Source: a virus
Taxonomy: Duplodnaviria; Caudoviricetes
Virus record (IMG/VR): IMGVR_UViG_3300033121_002356
Coordinates: 32,001-96,000 of that record
Strand: one strand, 5' to 3'
DNA: 64,000 nt
Within the stretch, counting starts at the first letter, position 1, and each line of letters begins with the position of its first letter. Made by a program: the position numbers and the translations under genes. The notes beneath the pieces were generated by a model. It did no database searches. It had not been told where the DNA came from and saw only the letters and a list, made by a program, of their open reading frames with translations. Below, piece after piece: positions 8,773 through 17,374 of the stretch.

Positions 8773-10147
8773 AGGCCTCTTTTATAGAGGCTCTCTCTAG
8801 GTCCATTTCTAGTAATACCCCGCTACCAGCAGATGTACTTCTAGAATCCATTATGGAAATCATCCCATTAATAACCGCACCATAGGAACCGTATCTAGTC
8901 CGGTAATATGCTATCTCTTTTGGAGATAATTTTCTAATAGCCATTAAGGTATCAGCATAATGTAGAATTCTATCTGAACCTGAAATATAATTACTTTTTG
9001 GGTCTCTACCCACTGCTTCTCTATTAAACTGAACAGCAGAAATTATAGGTATTTCTAACTCGTTCCCAAGAGACTTTAATGAAGTTGTCAGATATCCCAG
9101 TTGCTGGGTCTCATTGGCTAGTTTTAAATCAAGGCCGTCCGGCAACTTAATATAATCAAATACCACTACCCCTTTACCCTGCTGTTTGATGAACTTCTTT
9201 ATCTCAAATCTAAGAAGCTCTGGGCTAAATCTTGGAAGATTTTTGTACTTGAAATTTCCATTCTGTACAATATCTTGAGCTAAGTCTATCGCCTCTAGTG
9301 TTACAGGGTCATGGCTATAGGTACGATTTTCCAATTCTTTTATTGTTAACTGAGTAAGCTGAGCGACCAATCTACGCATCATCAACTCTTTATTCATCTC
9401 CGTATCTATGTAAAGCACAGGAGTATTTTCGAAAAAGGCAATATGCTTAGCCCACTCTAAAAGTAAAGAAGACTTTCCTTGCTTTGCTCTAGCTGCAACT
9501 ATATAAAGAGACCCGTCTTTAAACCCATTCAGCAGCCTATCTAAAGCAATGAAACCGCTTCTAACACCAAGAATATCAATTGGCGGCGATTTTAATTTCT
9601 CCATAAACTCAACAACATAAGTTGCGAAGTCTACGGACTCTTTATTTTGATTAGCGTTAGCAGTTAATCCGTATATATCTGACTCAATCCCTCCAACCAA
9701 ATCTTCAAAAGACATAGAGGATTTTACATTCTCTACATTTCGTATAATCTTTTCTTTAAATTTATCAGCAAGGCAAAATAGTTTATATTTATCGGCGCGT
9801 TCAACAAGTTCGTTCAAATAATATTCATATAATTTATGAGGAATTAGGGAATCGATTACAACTTTAATAAACTCATACCCATCTTGAGTATTGAGAACTG
9901 TGAGATTTTTAAGATTCTTTGCCTCGTTCCACAAGGCATCGGCTGAAAAATTTTCAACATTTTTTGTATACAGTGAGTCTAAACAGATGAACAATTCTCT
10001 TGCACTAGGAGATAAAAAATGCTCTGGTGATACCTCTCTTGGGGAAGAAACAAGAAGATTAGGATTCTTTACTATACAGCTTAAAACTGATTTTTCTACA
10101 CCTGGATGACAAAATCTGTCAACAACATTTTCTGCATCTTGGTTCAT
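8720..10147 (-). CDS. dnaB: DnaB-like replicative helicase
   Basis: EKSVLSCI N-domain, SGFIALD, AARAKQGKS (Walker A), IDTEM, VFDYIK (Walker B), AVQFNR, GSDRILHYAD. Confidence 0.95.
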   Translation of the reverse strand: MNQDAENVVDRFCHPGVEKSVLSCIVKNPNLLVSSPREVSPEHFLSPSARELFICLDSLYTKNVENFSADALWNEAKNLKNLTVLNTQDGYEFIKVVIDSLIPHKLYEYYLNELVERADKYKLFCLADKFKEKIIRNVENVKSSMSFEDLVGGIESDIYGLTANANQNKESVDFATYVVEFMEKLKSPPIDILGVRSGFIALDRLLNGFKDGSLYIVAARAKQGKSSLLLEWAKHIAFFENTPVLYIDTEMNKELMMRRLVAQLTQLTIKELENRTYSHDPVTLEAIDLAQDIVQNGNFKYKNLPRFSPELLRFEIKKFIKQQGKGVVVFDYIKLPDGLDLKLANETQQLGYLTTSLKSLGNELEIPIISAVQFNREAVGRDPKSNYISGSDRILHYADTLMAIRKLSPKEIAYYRTRYGSYGAVINGMISIMDSRSTSAGSGVLLEMDLERASIKEACEQAIENADSQEYSSEE

Positions 10148-10641
10148 ACTTTAGACACCTCGTATGGGTATGTATTCTTCATCTCTAATTCTGTCGATTC
10201 CCGATATTTTTTTAGTGCATTAATATACTCTTTTATAGCCTCCGGATAATTTTCTAAAAGCAAAAGCTCAGCGTTTATTGCCTCTAGCTCCTCTTCTGCT
10301 TCTACCAAGCTGGGGTTTGAATCTATAAACAAACGGCGCTTTTCTTCCTTATTACCCTTTATTTGAGAAGACTTCAACCCACGATTTACCTCGTCATCAA
10401 TATACTTAGATAGCACTCTTTTAGATATCTTAAACTTATTAGTATGAAAAGTTAAACTAATAAGATATTGTGATAAAACTACTATGGCATTTGTAATCTC
10501 TCTAAGGGGCAGAGAAGATAGCTCCTCAACAATATCTAATCTCAATACGTTATCGAGCAACCCTGTGTCAGGTGTACACTTATTCAAAGATAGGGTATCT
10601 ATTAGAGATACAACTCTTTCTTCAATTTTAGTATTTCTCAT
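10144..10641 (-). CDS. Helical hypothetical protein, possibly a UvsY-like recombination mediator
   Basis: 165 aa, mostly helical/coiled-coil (EEKRRLFIDSNPSLVEAEEELEAINAELLLLE); lies between recA and dnaB. Confidence 0.4.
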   Translation of the reverse strand: MRNTKIEERVVSLIDTLSLNKCTPDTGLLDNVLRLDIVEELSSLPLREITNAIVVLSQYLISLTFHTNKFKISKRVLSKYIDDEVNRGLKSSQIKGNKEEKRRLFIDSNPSLVEAEEELEAINAELLLLENYPEAIKEYINALKKYRESTELEMKNTYPYEVSKV

Positions 10642-10990
10642 TAAACGCCTCGTTCATTTTTCTCATAAATAATTCTTCATCTACTTTTTCATTAAAATCA
10701 TAAGTAACTAAAGTATAATTATTCATACTAGCCCATTCTCTTTTTAATGCATCTCTTTTCTTTTGCCTATAAAAACTTAGTCCGTCTTTATGAAAAAATC
10801 TATTATAAGAAAAATGCTGTTCTCCCTGCACTTCGATAAGAATACTTAAATCGTCAATCAAAAAGTCAAATAAAAGCTTTTCATTTTGATAGTTTACATA
10901 AAATTCCGTAGTAATTTTAAAGTTAGGAAATCTCTTCTTTAAAAGACTCTTAATCAGTTCCGCCTGTTTCGACATCTGTCTGTTTCCCAA
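10628..10990 (-). CDS. Vsr/DUF559-like PD-(D/E)XK endonuclease; the start may be the second Met at 10975
   Basis: LLFDFLI, LIEVQGEQHF, KRDALKREWA. Confidence 0.75.
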   Translation of the reverse strand: MGNRQMSKQAELIKSLLKKRFPNFKITTEFYVNYQNEKLLFDFLIDDLSILIEVQGEQHFSYNRFFHKDGLSFYRQKKRDALKREWASMNNYTLVTYDFNEKVDEELFMRKMNEAFNEKY

Positions 10991-12029
10991 TTGGAATAGG
11001 TGAAGGAATAGCCAGCTTATCTTCTACCTTCTTTTTAATCTCATCAAATAAATCAAGGTCGCTTGCTAATGCCATTTTTAAGTTTTCTTTGCCTTGGCAG
11101 ACGTTCGCACCGTTATAGGAATACCAAGTTCCTTTGGCTTCAACAACACCAGTCTTAACAGATAGGTCTACTACATCCGCGAATTCATCAAACCCTTTAC
11201 CAAATATTAGCTCAGCCTCAGTACTTCTATGAGGAGAAGATAATTTATTTTTAACTAGGTCTATATCCACTCGCTTACCGAATGGGTCTTCTTCCCCCTT
11301 AGCATAAAGAAGCCTGCTGCTGCCGGCGCCCGCCATTTGTATTCTGTAACTAGAATAGAATTGAAGAGCATTACCACCAGTAGTAACACGAGGGTCTCCA
11401 TATCCGTCTACTTTAAATCTAATCTGATTAATAAATATGGCTAACGCACCTACTTTCGCACAAGCTGGTACGAATTTCTTTAAAGCGCGTGACATCAATC
11501 TAGCATGTAGAGCTATCTTATGGTCGCCCATAGCGGCCTCTAATTCCTCTTCTGGGATTAATGCGGTCACGCTATCAAACACCATAAGCTGAACTTCACC
11601 CGTTTTGATTATACGCTCCGCAACTTCTAGATTCTCTTCTCCAGAGAATCCTTGAACAAGAACCAACTCATCAACGTCAACTCCCATGCCTTCTAGAAGT
11701 TCTAGGTCTGCGGAATGTTCGGCGTCTATAAGAACAGCCTTGCCACCAAGAGCTTGACAATGCTTTATAACATCATAGGACAAAGTACTCTTACCGGAAC
11801 CAGGGTCTCCGTAAAACTCAGCTACTCTTCCTAGTCTAAATCCTCCCTTTCCGAGTATACGATTTAAAGACATCAAACTAGTAGGGATTATTTCCTTATG
11901 CATGCTTAGAATGCTTCTAGCACTTCCAACTAGCGCATTCTCCATGTCCTTTCCTATGCTACGATAAACAATATCAAGGCTATTTACTTTAGCCTTATCT
12001 TCTGCCTTAGCAACTGCTTTTTTTGCCAT
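10950..12029 (-). CDS. recA: RecA recombinase
   Basis: GDPGSGKST (Walker A), IDAEH, FDSV, ARLMSRALK, INQIR, TTGGNALQFYSSYRI, KNK; AAGGAGG RBS. Confidence 0.97.
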   Translation of the reverse strand: MAKKAVAKAEDKAKVNSLDIVYRSIGKDMENALVGSARSILSMHKEIIPTSLMSLNRILGKGGFRLGRVAEFYGDPGSGKSTLSYDVIKHCQALGGKAVLIDAEHSADLELLEGMGVDVDELVLVQGFSGEENLEVAERIIKTGEVQLMVFDSVTALIPEEELEAAMGDHKIALHARLMSRALKKFVPACAKVGALAIFINQIRFKVDGYGDPRVTTGGNALQFYSSYRIQMAGAGSSRLLYAKGEEDPFGKRVDIDLVKNKLSSPHRSTEAELIFGKGFDEFADVVDLSVKTGVVEAKGTWYSYNGANVCQGKENLKMALASDLDLFDEIKKKVEDKLAIPSPIPIGKQTDVETGGTD

Positions 12030-12546
12030 TTAAAACGGCCTCCTTAATTTTAGCCAAACTATCTTTTATCTGCTTCATATCTGTTTTTTTATTAGAAAAG
12101 TCTAATTTAGCTTGCTTGTTCCACTCATCTTCATTCCTAGCTTCCTCACTCATTTCATATTGAAATGAAAGTGTGTCTAAAAACTGAACACTAGAAAATA
12201 TTCTAAAGTTTTTAAACGGTCCCCCACATATTTCTGGGTTGTCAAACAGGAAGTCTATCAAAGAGATAATATGCTCTAGTATAGTTTGGTACGACATTCC
12301 CAACTCTTCGAATCTAGTAACAAGTTTCCTAAGTACTGCCGCATCTTTTTCATACGATTTAAACTCATCACCCAAAGAATCGCTGGGCACATTAGCAGCC
12401 TTTTGATAAAAGTATTTTATCACACCAGCTTCAGTGTGCTCCACTTTAATATTCTTTACTTTTCGTACAATATACCCTAACTTTCTTAGATAATTTATAC
12501 AAAAATCTTCAATATGATGTTGCTCTATCTCAACATCCTTGGCCAT
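12007..12546 (-). CDS. Hypothetical protein in the replication module
   Basis: 179-aa ORF coupled to dnaN (TAATG overlap) and overlapping recA; no motif recognised. Confidence 0.7.
   Translation of the reverse strand: MAKDVEIEQHHIEDFCINYLRKLGYIVRKVKNIKVEHTEAGVIKYFYQKAANVPSDSLGDEFKSYEKDAAVLRKLVTRFEELGMSYQTILEHIISLIDFLFDNPEICGGPFKNFRIFSSVQFLDTLSFQYEMSEEARNEDEWNKQAKLDFSNKKTDMKQIKDSLAKIKEAVLNGKKSSC
12039..12045 (-). promoter_or_regulatory. Shine-Dalgarno site for recA, inside the upstream gene
   Basis: AAGGAGG 9 nt before the ATG at 12029. Confidence 0.7.
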
Positions 12547-13748
12547 TAAAATCTCCTAAGAGGAACCAAAATACTCTTCAACCCATAGGGGCTATTTGTG
12601 TCCTCTTCCAAGGATACCCTATTAGGTCCCTCATTAAAGAACTGTATCTTTACACTTTCAGTTTTTATATTTTTCAATGTATCAAGTAAAAGTTTTGCAT
12701 TAAAATCGTATAATCTACTAACCAATGCCCCGTGGGTTCTAATTCCTGTAGACTCACCAGAAACATTTCCAGCTACATAAATTTTACATTGTCCGTCCTT
12801 AAACTCAGCCGATATTCTATTGTCGTCTTCATCCGCAATTTGTTGGACGGAAAACACTGCATCGAAAAGTAGTTCAGTATCAAGCGTTACTGCGTCAGTT
12901 GCTCCACTAAACAAGCCATCACAATTAGGGAATCCTCCAACAAAAATTGGGCAACTAACTGTTGTATAACTATCTATGGATTTAATCAGCATTCTATGGT
13001 CGTTCGAAAATGACAAAACAACATCCGAAGCCGAATCAGAGGAGCTAACAATTTTTAGCAGCTTCTTTGCCAATTTGGTTGGTAATAGAAAATTAGAAAC
13101 ATTTTTATAATGTTCCTTGTCCGTCTTTATAAGATATTTCGCTAGCTTAACTCCATTTGTAGCGATTAGTCTTATGATAGATTCCCCGTTTTCTTCTAGA
13201 ATATCAAAAGAAATATTTCCTAATCGCATATCAAGCTCATCAATACCGGATGCATATACTACCTTAGACAAGGCAGCATTCAACTCTTTTGAAGGAAAGA
13301 TGATGTAAGAGGTCCCTTCTTTATCCATCCAAGTTCTTTGAACACGGGCCGATTCAAATTTTGGCAATTGTCTAGTATGTTCAGCACTTTTTGTTTCATT
13401 ATAGAAGTTTGTATAAGAAATCTTAGCCTTTGGCCCCTCTTCCGAGAGAACAATGCTTTGGCACCCCTTATTGTCTTTTTCTGAAAAAGGTTTAATGGCG
13501 CTGATAACCTTTAGTAAGGTATTGGCCTCAACCAGGCAAGAACCGGGCTCGGTTCCTACGATACCCTCAAATAATTTCTTGGGTAATTTAATTGTTAACC
13601 CAACGCTTGGGTCAGATGAGGAAATAAATAGGTTGTCCTCATCAACTTCTAATAGTAACTGATTATAATCTTCATCTTTAAAAGAGATGATAGTTTTAAT
13701 AATATCAGATACTTGTCTAAATAACTCAGCAGGCATTTCAAATTTCAT
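12546..13748 (-). CDS. dnaN: DNA polymerase III beta subunit-like sliding clamp
   Basis: Three-domain size of 400 aa; IATNGVKLA (cf. ATDGxRLA), GGFPNC (cf. GxFPxY), FNAKLLLDTLK (cf. FNxxYLLDAL), C-terminal LVPLR (cf. MPxR). Confidence 0.85.
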   Translation of the reverse strand: MKFEMPAELFRQVSDIIKTIISFKDEDYNQLLLEVDEDNLFISSSDPSVGLTIKLPKKLFEGIVGTEPGSCLVEANTLLKVISAIKPFSEKDNKGCQSIVLSEEGPKAKISYTNFYNETKSAEHTRQLPKFESARVQRTWMDKEGTSYIIFPSKELNAALSKVVYASGIDELDMRLGNISFDILEENGESIIRLIATNGVKLAKYLIKTDKEHYKNVSNFLLPTKLAKKLLKIVSSSDSASDVVLSFSNDHRMLIKSIDSYTTVSCPIFVGGFPNCDGLFSGATDAVTLDTELLFDAVFSVQQIADEDDNRISAEFKDGQCKIYVAGNVSGESTGIRTHGALVSRLYDFNAKLLLDTLKNIKTESVKIQFFNEGPNRVSLEEDTNSPYGLKSILVPLRRF

Positions 13749-13752
13749 AAAA

Positions 13753-13760
13753 CTCCCCTT
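13753..13760 (-). promoter_or_regulatory. Shine-Dalgarno site for dnaN
   Basis: AAGGGGAG 4 nt before the ATG at 13748. Confidence 0.6.
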
Positions 13761-13792
13761 AGGTTAAGCATACAATATGTATAATATGATTA

Positions 13793-16078
13793 TTACACTG
13801 AGTTTATATACCCCTGTAAGTCTGTCTGGGCATGTCCGTAAATGCTCCCAGATAAGGTAGATTCTACTCTTGTTATGCTCTTAATCATCGCCTGCATATC
13901 TAATAATCCGCCCTTGGGCGTTATTGAACCCCGAAGTGTAACTAAGTCTAAATCTACAGGGTAAACAGTAGCTTCTAGATTTTTTAACTTATCTGGACTA
14001 GTAGCAATTATTCTCGCATAAAGAGGTGAAAATCCTCCTCTTGGATATATAGTCCCGCTTAAATTTGAGCGAGCCCCGTAGGCTATAAAATCTATAAAAT
14101 ATCTCATAGCCTCATCGAAAGAGCTAAATCCAGAAATATCAAAAAATACCTTAACCTTTTCTTCCACAAAGTCCTGCATAAACCCATCAGGATTTATCTT
14201 AGGCACAAGTTTAGAAAGATGAACACCCCATGTATCCCCATTCACAAGGAACGTGTTAGAAGCCAAATCGCTCCTTACATATTCGTATCCTTGCGACGCG
14301 AATTTAATTTGTATATCTCTTAATATGCTTCCGCTTAATGAATCCTTTTTGTATGTCTGACTAGATATAGTATTTAAACTTTTTGGCAAAAGAAGTCGAG
14401 GAGTAATCCTTCCTCTTAAAAATACATTCCACTCAAATGGTTTAAATTCACCTGCTAAATCATTATACCCAGTTCCCGTACCAATTATAGCACCTTTCAA
14501 ATAAGAAATAGGGCTACTTATTGTAGCGGAAAGACCAACATAACTCCCCCTAGAAGAAATAGTTCCATATAGGTCGGATGTACCAGGGAAGGAGTAGCCG
14601 CCGACAATACTGCCATACAATAATGTATTGTATGGTTTTGGTTGAACAAACCCACTCAAATAGTCAGAGCCCTCAAAATTAGGGTGTATACGACCCTTCA
14701 ATGTACCAAATGCACTAGCCTTACTACACGCTTCTCTGGAGTAAATTACACCATAAAGATTCTTATGCATTAATGTATTGATAACTACAACATCATGGAA
14801 AGCCGAAACATCTGGTCTTATTCTAGCAGAAAGAACAGAGGAAGCACCAGAAGGGGCAATATATCCATCTAATGTTCTTGTATTTTCATTTGGTGTTATA
14901 ACCCCACTAAGTAAGCTTGAAAAAACTACATTAAAATTAGCAACTAAATCTGCTCTAGTATCAATACCTTTTGGATAGATAGAACCATAAAGAGACTTCC
15001 ATCTTTGAGGATAAATATACCCTTCTAAATCAGTTTGTCCAAAACCATCAATAGTAGCCAACAAATCTGAGCTAATTCTAGAGCCAACCCCCCTGATAAT
15101 TCCTATTAAATCTTTATACCTCCCATATGGATTAAACGCTCCGATTAAATCTTTTGTGGGGCCTAGTTCAATTAAGAGCCTATCAAAGGCTCTTCTAACT
15201 CTAGCTGGATAAATAATGCCATATAAGTCTTTCGGGCGATTTATGCCAATATACCCAAACAACTCTTTAGGCAGAATTGCTTCAAATTCCCCGATAAGGT
15301 CCGAATTAGTGTGGGCTATAGCACGTATAGTTGAAGCAAGATTTTTATAAGATTGTCCTAATCCTCTTATTCTAGCTCTAACAGAAGAGAATGCTTCAAA
15401 TGTTTTACCCTGTATTGACGCTCTCAGCATAGAGGTATATACAGAGTTTATAGTACCATACAAATCTGCTGGATAAAAACCAGATATACTAGCGGTTAAC
15501 TCTGCATGTTGGTATGCCCTAATATATGCAGACAAATCCCTGGAATTAACCCCTACGATACTTCCTAGTAAATCATAAAAGGCCCCCACAGAGGCAAAGG
15601 ACGCATCTAAATCCGACGAAGAAGGGTGTAATCCCCTTATATATCCTTTTAAATCAACAGGAGGTATGCCAAAAATAGAAGCTAATAGGTACTTATATTT
15701 CAAAGCCTTAATAGAAGCAAATAGGGGGACAGAAGGAATAGGAGAAATGTCTAGGCCAAGGTCTTTAATGGCGTATCCAAAAATATCTGCGTCCAAATCC
15801 TTAGGAACAAGGCCTTTAATTCTTCCGAGTAGCTCTACAGCCCCAATGCCATAAATATAGGCATCTAAATCTGCTGAACCCCTTATCATACCACGGATAA
15901 ATCCTCCTAAATCTCCATAAGTAGAAATAGGAGGATATAAAGGAACAAATGAAAGAAGAACCCTATCTCTTGCTTTTACAAAATCAGTAGAACTAGCTAA
16001 TAAAGCATCAATATGACCAAGTAAATCTTTAGTACCAGAAGAGCTGAGTACTTCAAAAAGTAGGTCCTTTCTTGACAT
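13793..16078 (-). CDS. Tandem-repeat structural protein (about 45 copies of a ~12-aa D-L-x-[GA]-x-I-x-[GP] unit)
   Basis: For example DLDAYIYGIGAV ELLGRIKGLVPK DLDADIFGYAIK DLGLDISPIPSV PLFASIKALKYK YLLASIFGIPPV DLKGYIRGLHPS; last gene of the structural block. Confidence 0.75.
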   Translation of the reverse strand: MSRKDLLFEVLSSSGTKDLLGHIDALLASSTDFVKARDRVLLSFVPLYPPISTYGDLGGFIRGMIRGSADLDAYIYGIGAVELLGRIKGLVPKDLDADIFGYAIKDLGLDISPIPSVPLFASIKALKYKYLLASIFGIPPVDLKGYIRGLHPSSSDLDASFASVGAFYDLLGSIVGVNSRDLSAYIRAYQHAELTASISGFYPADLYGTINSVYTSMLRASIQGKTFEAFSSVRARIRGLGQSYKNLASTIRAIAHTNSDLIGEFEAILPKELFGYIGINRPKDLYGIIYPARVRRAFDRLLIELGPTKDLIGAFNPYGRYKDLIGIIRGVGSRISSDLLATIDGFGQTDLEGYIYPQRWKSLYGSIYPKGIDTRADLVANFNVVFSSLLSGVITPNENTRTLDGYIAPSGASSVLSARIRPDVSAFHDVVVINTLMHKNLYGVIYSREACSKASAFGTLKGRIHPNFEGSDYLSGFVQPKPYNTLLYGSIVGGYSFPGTSDLYGTISSRGSYVGLSATISSPISYLKGAIIGTGTGYNDLAGEFKPFEWNVFLRGRITPRLLLPKSLNTISSQTYKKDSLSGSILRDIQIKFASQGYEYVRSDLASNTFLVNGDTWGVHLSKLVPKINPDGFMQDFVEEKVKVFFDISGFSSFDEAMRYFIDFIAYGARSNLSGTIYPRGGFSPLYARIIATSPDKLKNLEATVYPVDLDLVTLRGSITPKGGLLDMQAMIKSITRVESTLSGSIYGHAQTDLQGYINSV

Positions 16079-17374
16079 TTATTCAAAATCCCACCACGTA
16101 TCTAAAGAGGCTCTTTTCATCGTATTAAAAATTCTCTGACCAGCAGGTGGCTCTGGTATGTCAGATTTAACAAAAATGGATTTAGTCTGATTAGGGTATA
16201 TACCAAACAATCTCAATGGTATCTCTAGTCCTAATTCAGATAGTGTCGGTAAATCACTTTCCACTGTATTATCCACAAATAATGCCCCACCATTTAAATT
16301 GGTTCCTGCTATTATTCCATCTTTAAAATCGGGGGAAAATTGAACCTTTAGTTGTACATATCTATAATTGGCGGAATCTATAGAGTAATTAGTAACTGGT
16401 GAAAAAATAAGGCTACCGGACGCCAAAGACCATAACAAGTCATCTTCATCTGCTAAAGCACCATTAGACCACATACCCGAAGGGGGAACATCGGATTGAC
16501 GAATTAAAATAGTTCGTTGTCCGTTAATCTCATTATCAACATCTATTTTAGATAATCCAGGCTCTTCGCAAACCCAGAATACTCTAGATGAAGAAAAGAC
16601 TGAACTAAGTCCTGTATCGATAACAGGTGTGGTATAATAAAACGGGCCTGTAACACCAGAAGGAATAACGGAATCAACAGAAACCATTGTATTCTCAAAT
16701 AAACCAGTTTCCCAAGCAAAATCTCTTGGTAGTTTTACTGCGTTTTCTCTTATCGCGTAGTAAGTACCACTCGCAGTCGTAGAGACTCTTAAGTAGTCAT
16801 CCTCCACCCTGCCTGTGTAGGAAATCAGAACATTAGCGTTTGCTATATCAGAGCCACTATTGTAGATGGGTATCTCAACAGCAGGAGAGACATCACCAAT
16901 AAAAGCTTCAGTTAAAATATATGACTCGGCCGTTCCAGTGGGTCCAAAATTTACAATGGAATCATCATTTATTACTCTCATTCCCTTCACACCAATATCT
17001 GTATCCCTATATAAGAGAGATATTTCTCCAGTCTCGTTTACAACTCCGCCATATGCGTCTAAAACATGGGCCCTAGAATTCAAATCATAGTTTATGGAAT
17101 TAAAAGTGGTTTCGTCTAAATAAGATAAAAGCCCACCGTCATATCCTATGTATGTAACAGCGTCTTCCGCCCCATTAGTAACAATAGACAATACTCTACC
17201 AGCTGTGACAGAAATAACATTATCTGACAAACCAGCAAGGGTGCCACTAGCTGTAACATAAATCTCCTTCTCTAATGTATTTACATTTAACCTCATTGCT
17301 CCATTAGTTGTACCAACAAAAAGAGTATCATACGACAGCAGAGATAGCGATATTCCTCTAAAGTAACTAGTCAT
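16079..17374 (-). CDS. Virion structural protein (partial beta-propeller plus beta-sandwich domains)
   Basis: LFVGTTNG and LSDNVISV propeller-blade motifs; YYTTPVIDTG...YRYVQLKV jelly-roll-like module; C-terminal SIFVKSDIP shared with its paralogs. Confidence 0.6.
   Translation of the reverse strand: MTSYFRGISLSLLSYDTLFVGTTNGAMRLNVNTLEKEIYVTASGTLAGLSDNVISVTAGRVLSIVTNGAEDAVTYIGYDGGLLSYLDETTFNSINYDLNSRAHVLDAYGGVVNETGEISLLYRDTDIGVKGMRVINDDSIVNFGPTGTAESYILTEAFIGDVSPAVEIPIYNSGSDIANANVLISYTGRVEDDYLRVSTTASGTYYAIRENAVKLPRDFAWETGLFENTMVSVDSVIPSGVTGPFYYTTPVIDTGLSSVFSSSRVFWVCEEPGLSKIDVDNEINGQRTILIRQSDVPPSGMWSNGALADEDDLLWSLASGSLIFSPVTNYSIDSANYRYVQLKVQFSPDFKDGIIAGTNLNGGALFVDNTVESDLPTLSELGLEIPLRLFGIYPNQTKSIFVKSDIPEPPAGQRIFNTMKRASLDTWWDFE

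Noticed and set aside
7657-12029. Inteins or introns in dnaG, dnaB or recA
   Set aside because: The proteins are normal length with contiguous motifs; no intein splice motifs or homing-endonuclease inserts were seen.
4882-13748. Bacterial chromosomal housekeeping region
   Set aside because: Gene order, divergence and truncations (DnaG, DnaJ, SSB), the absence of dnaA, gyrB, dnaK and ruvAB, and direct linkage to tail genes indicate a phage.
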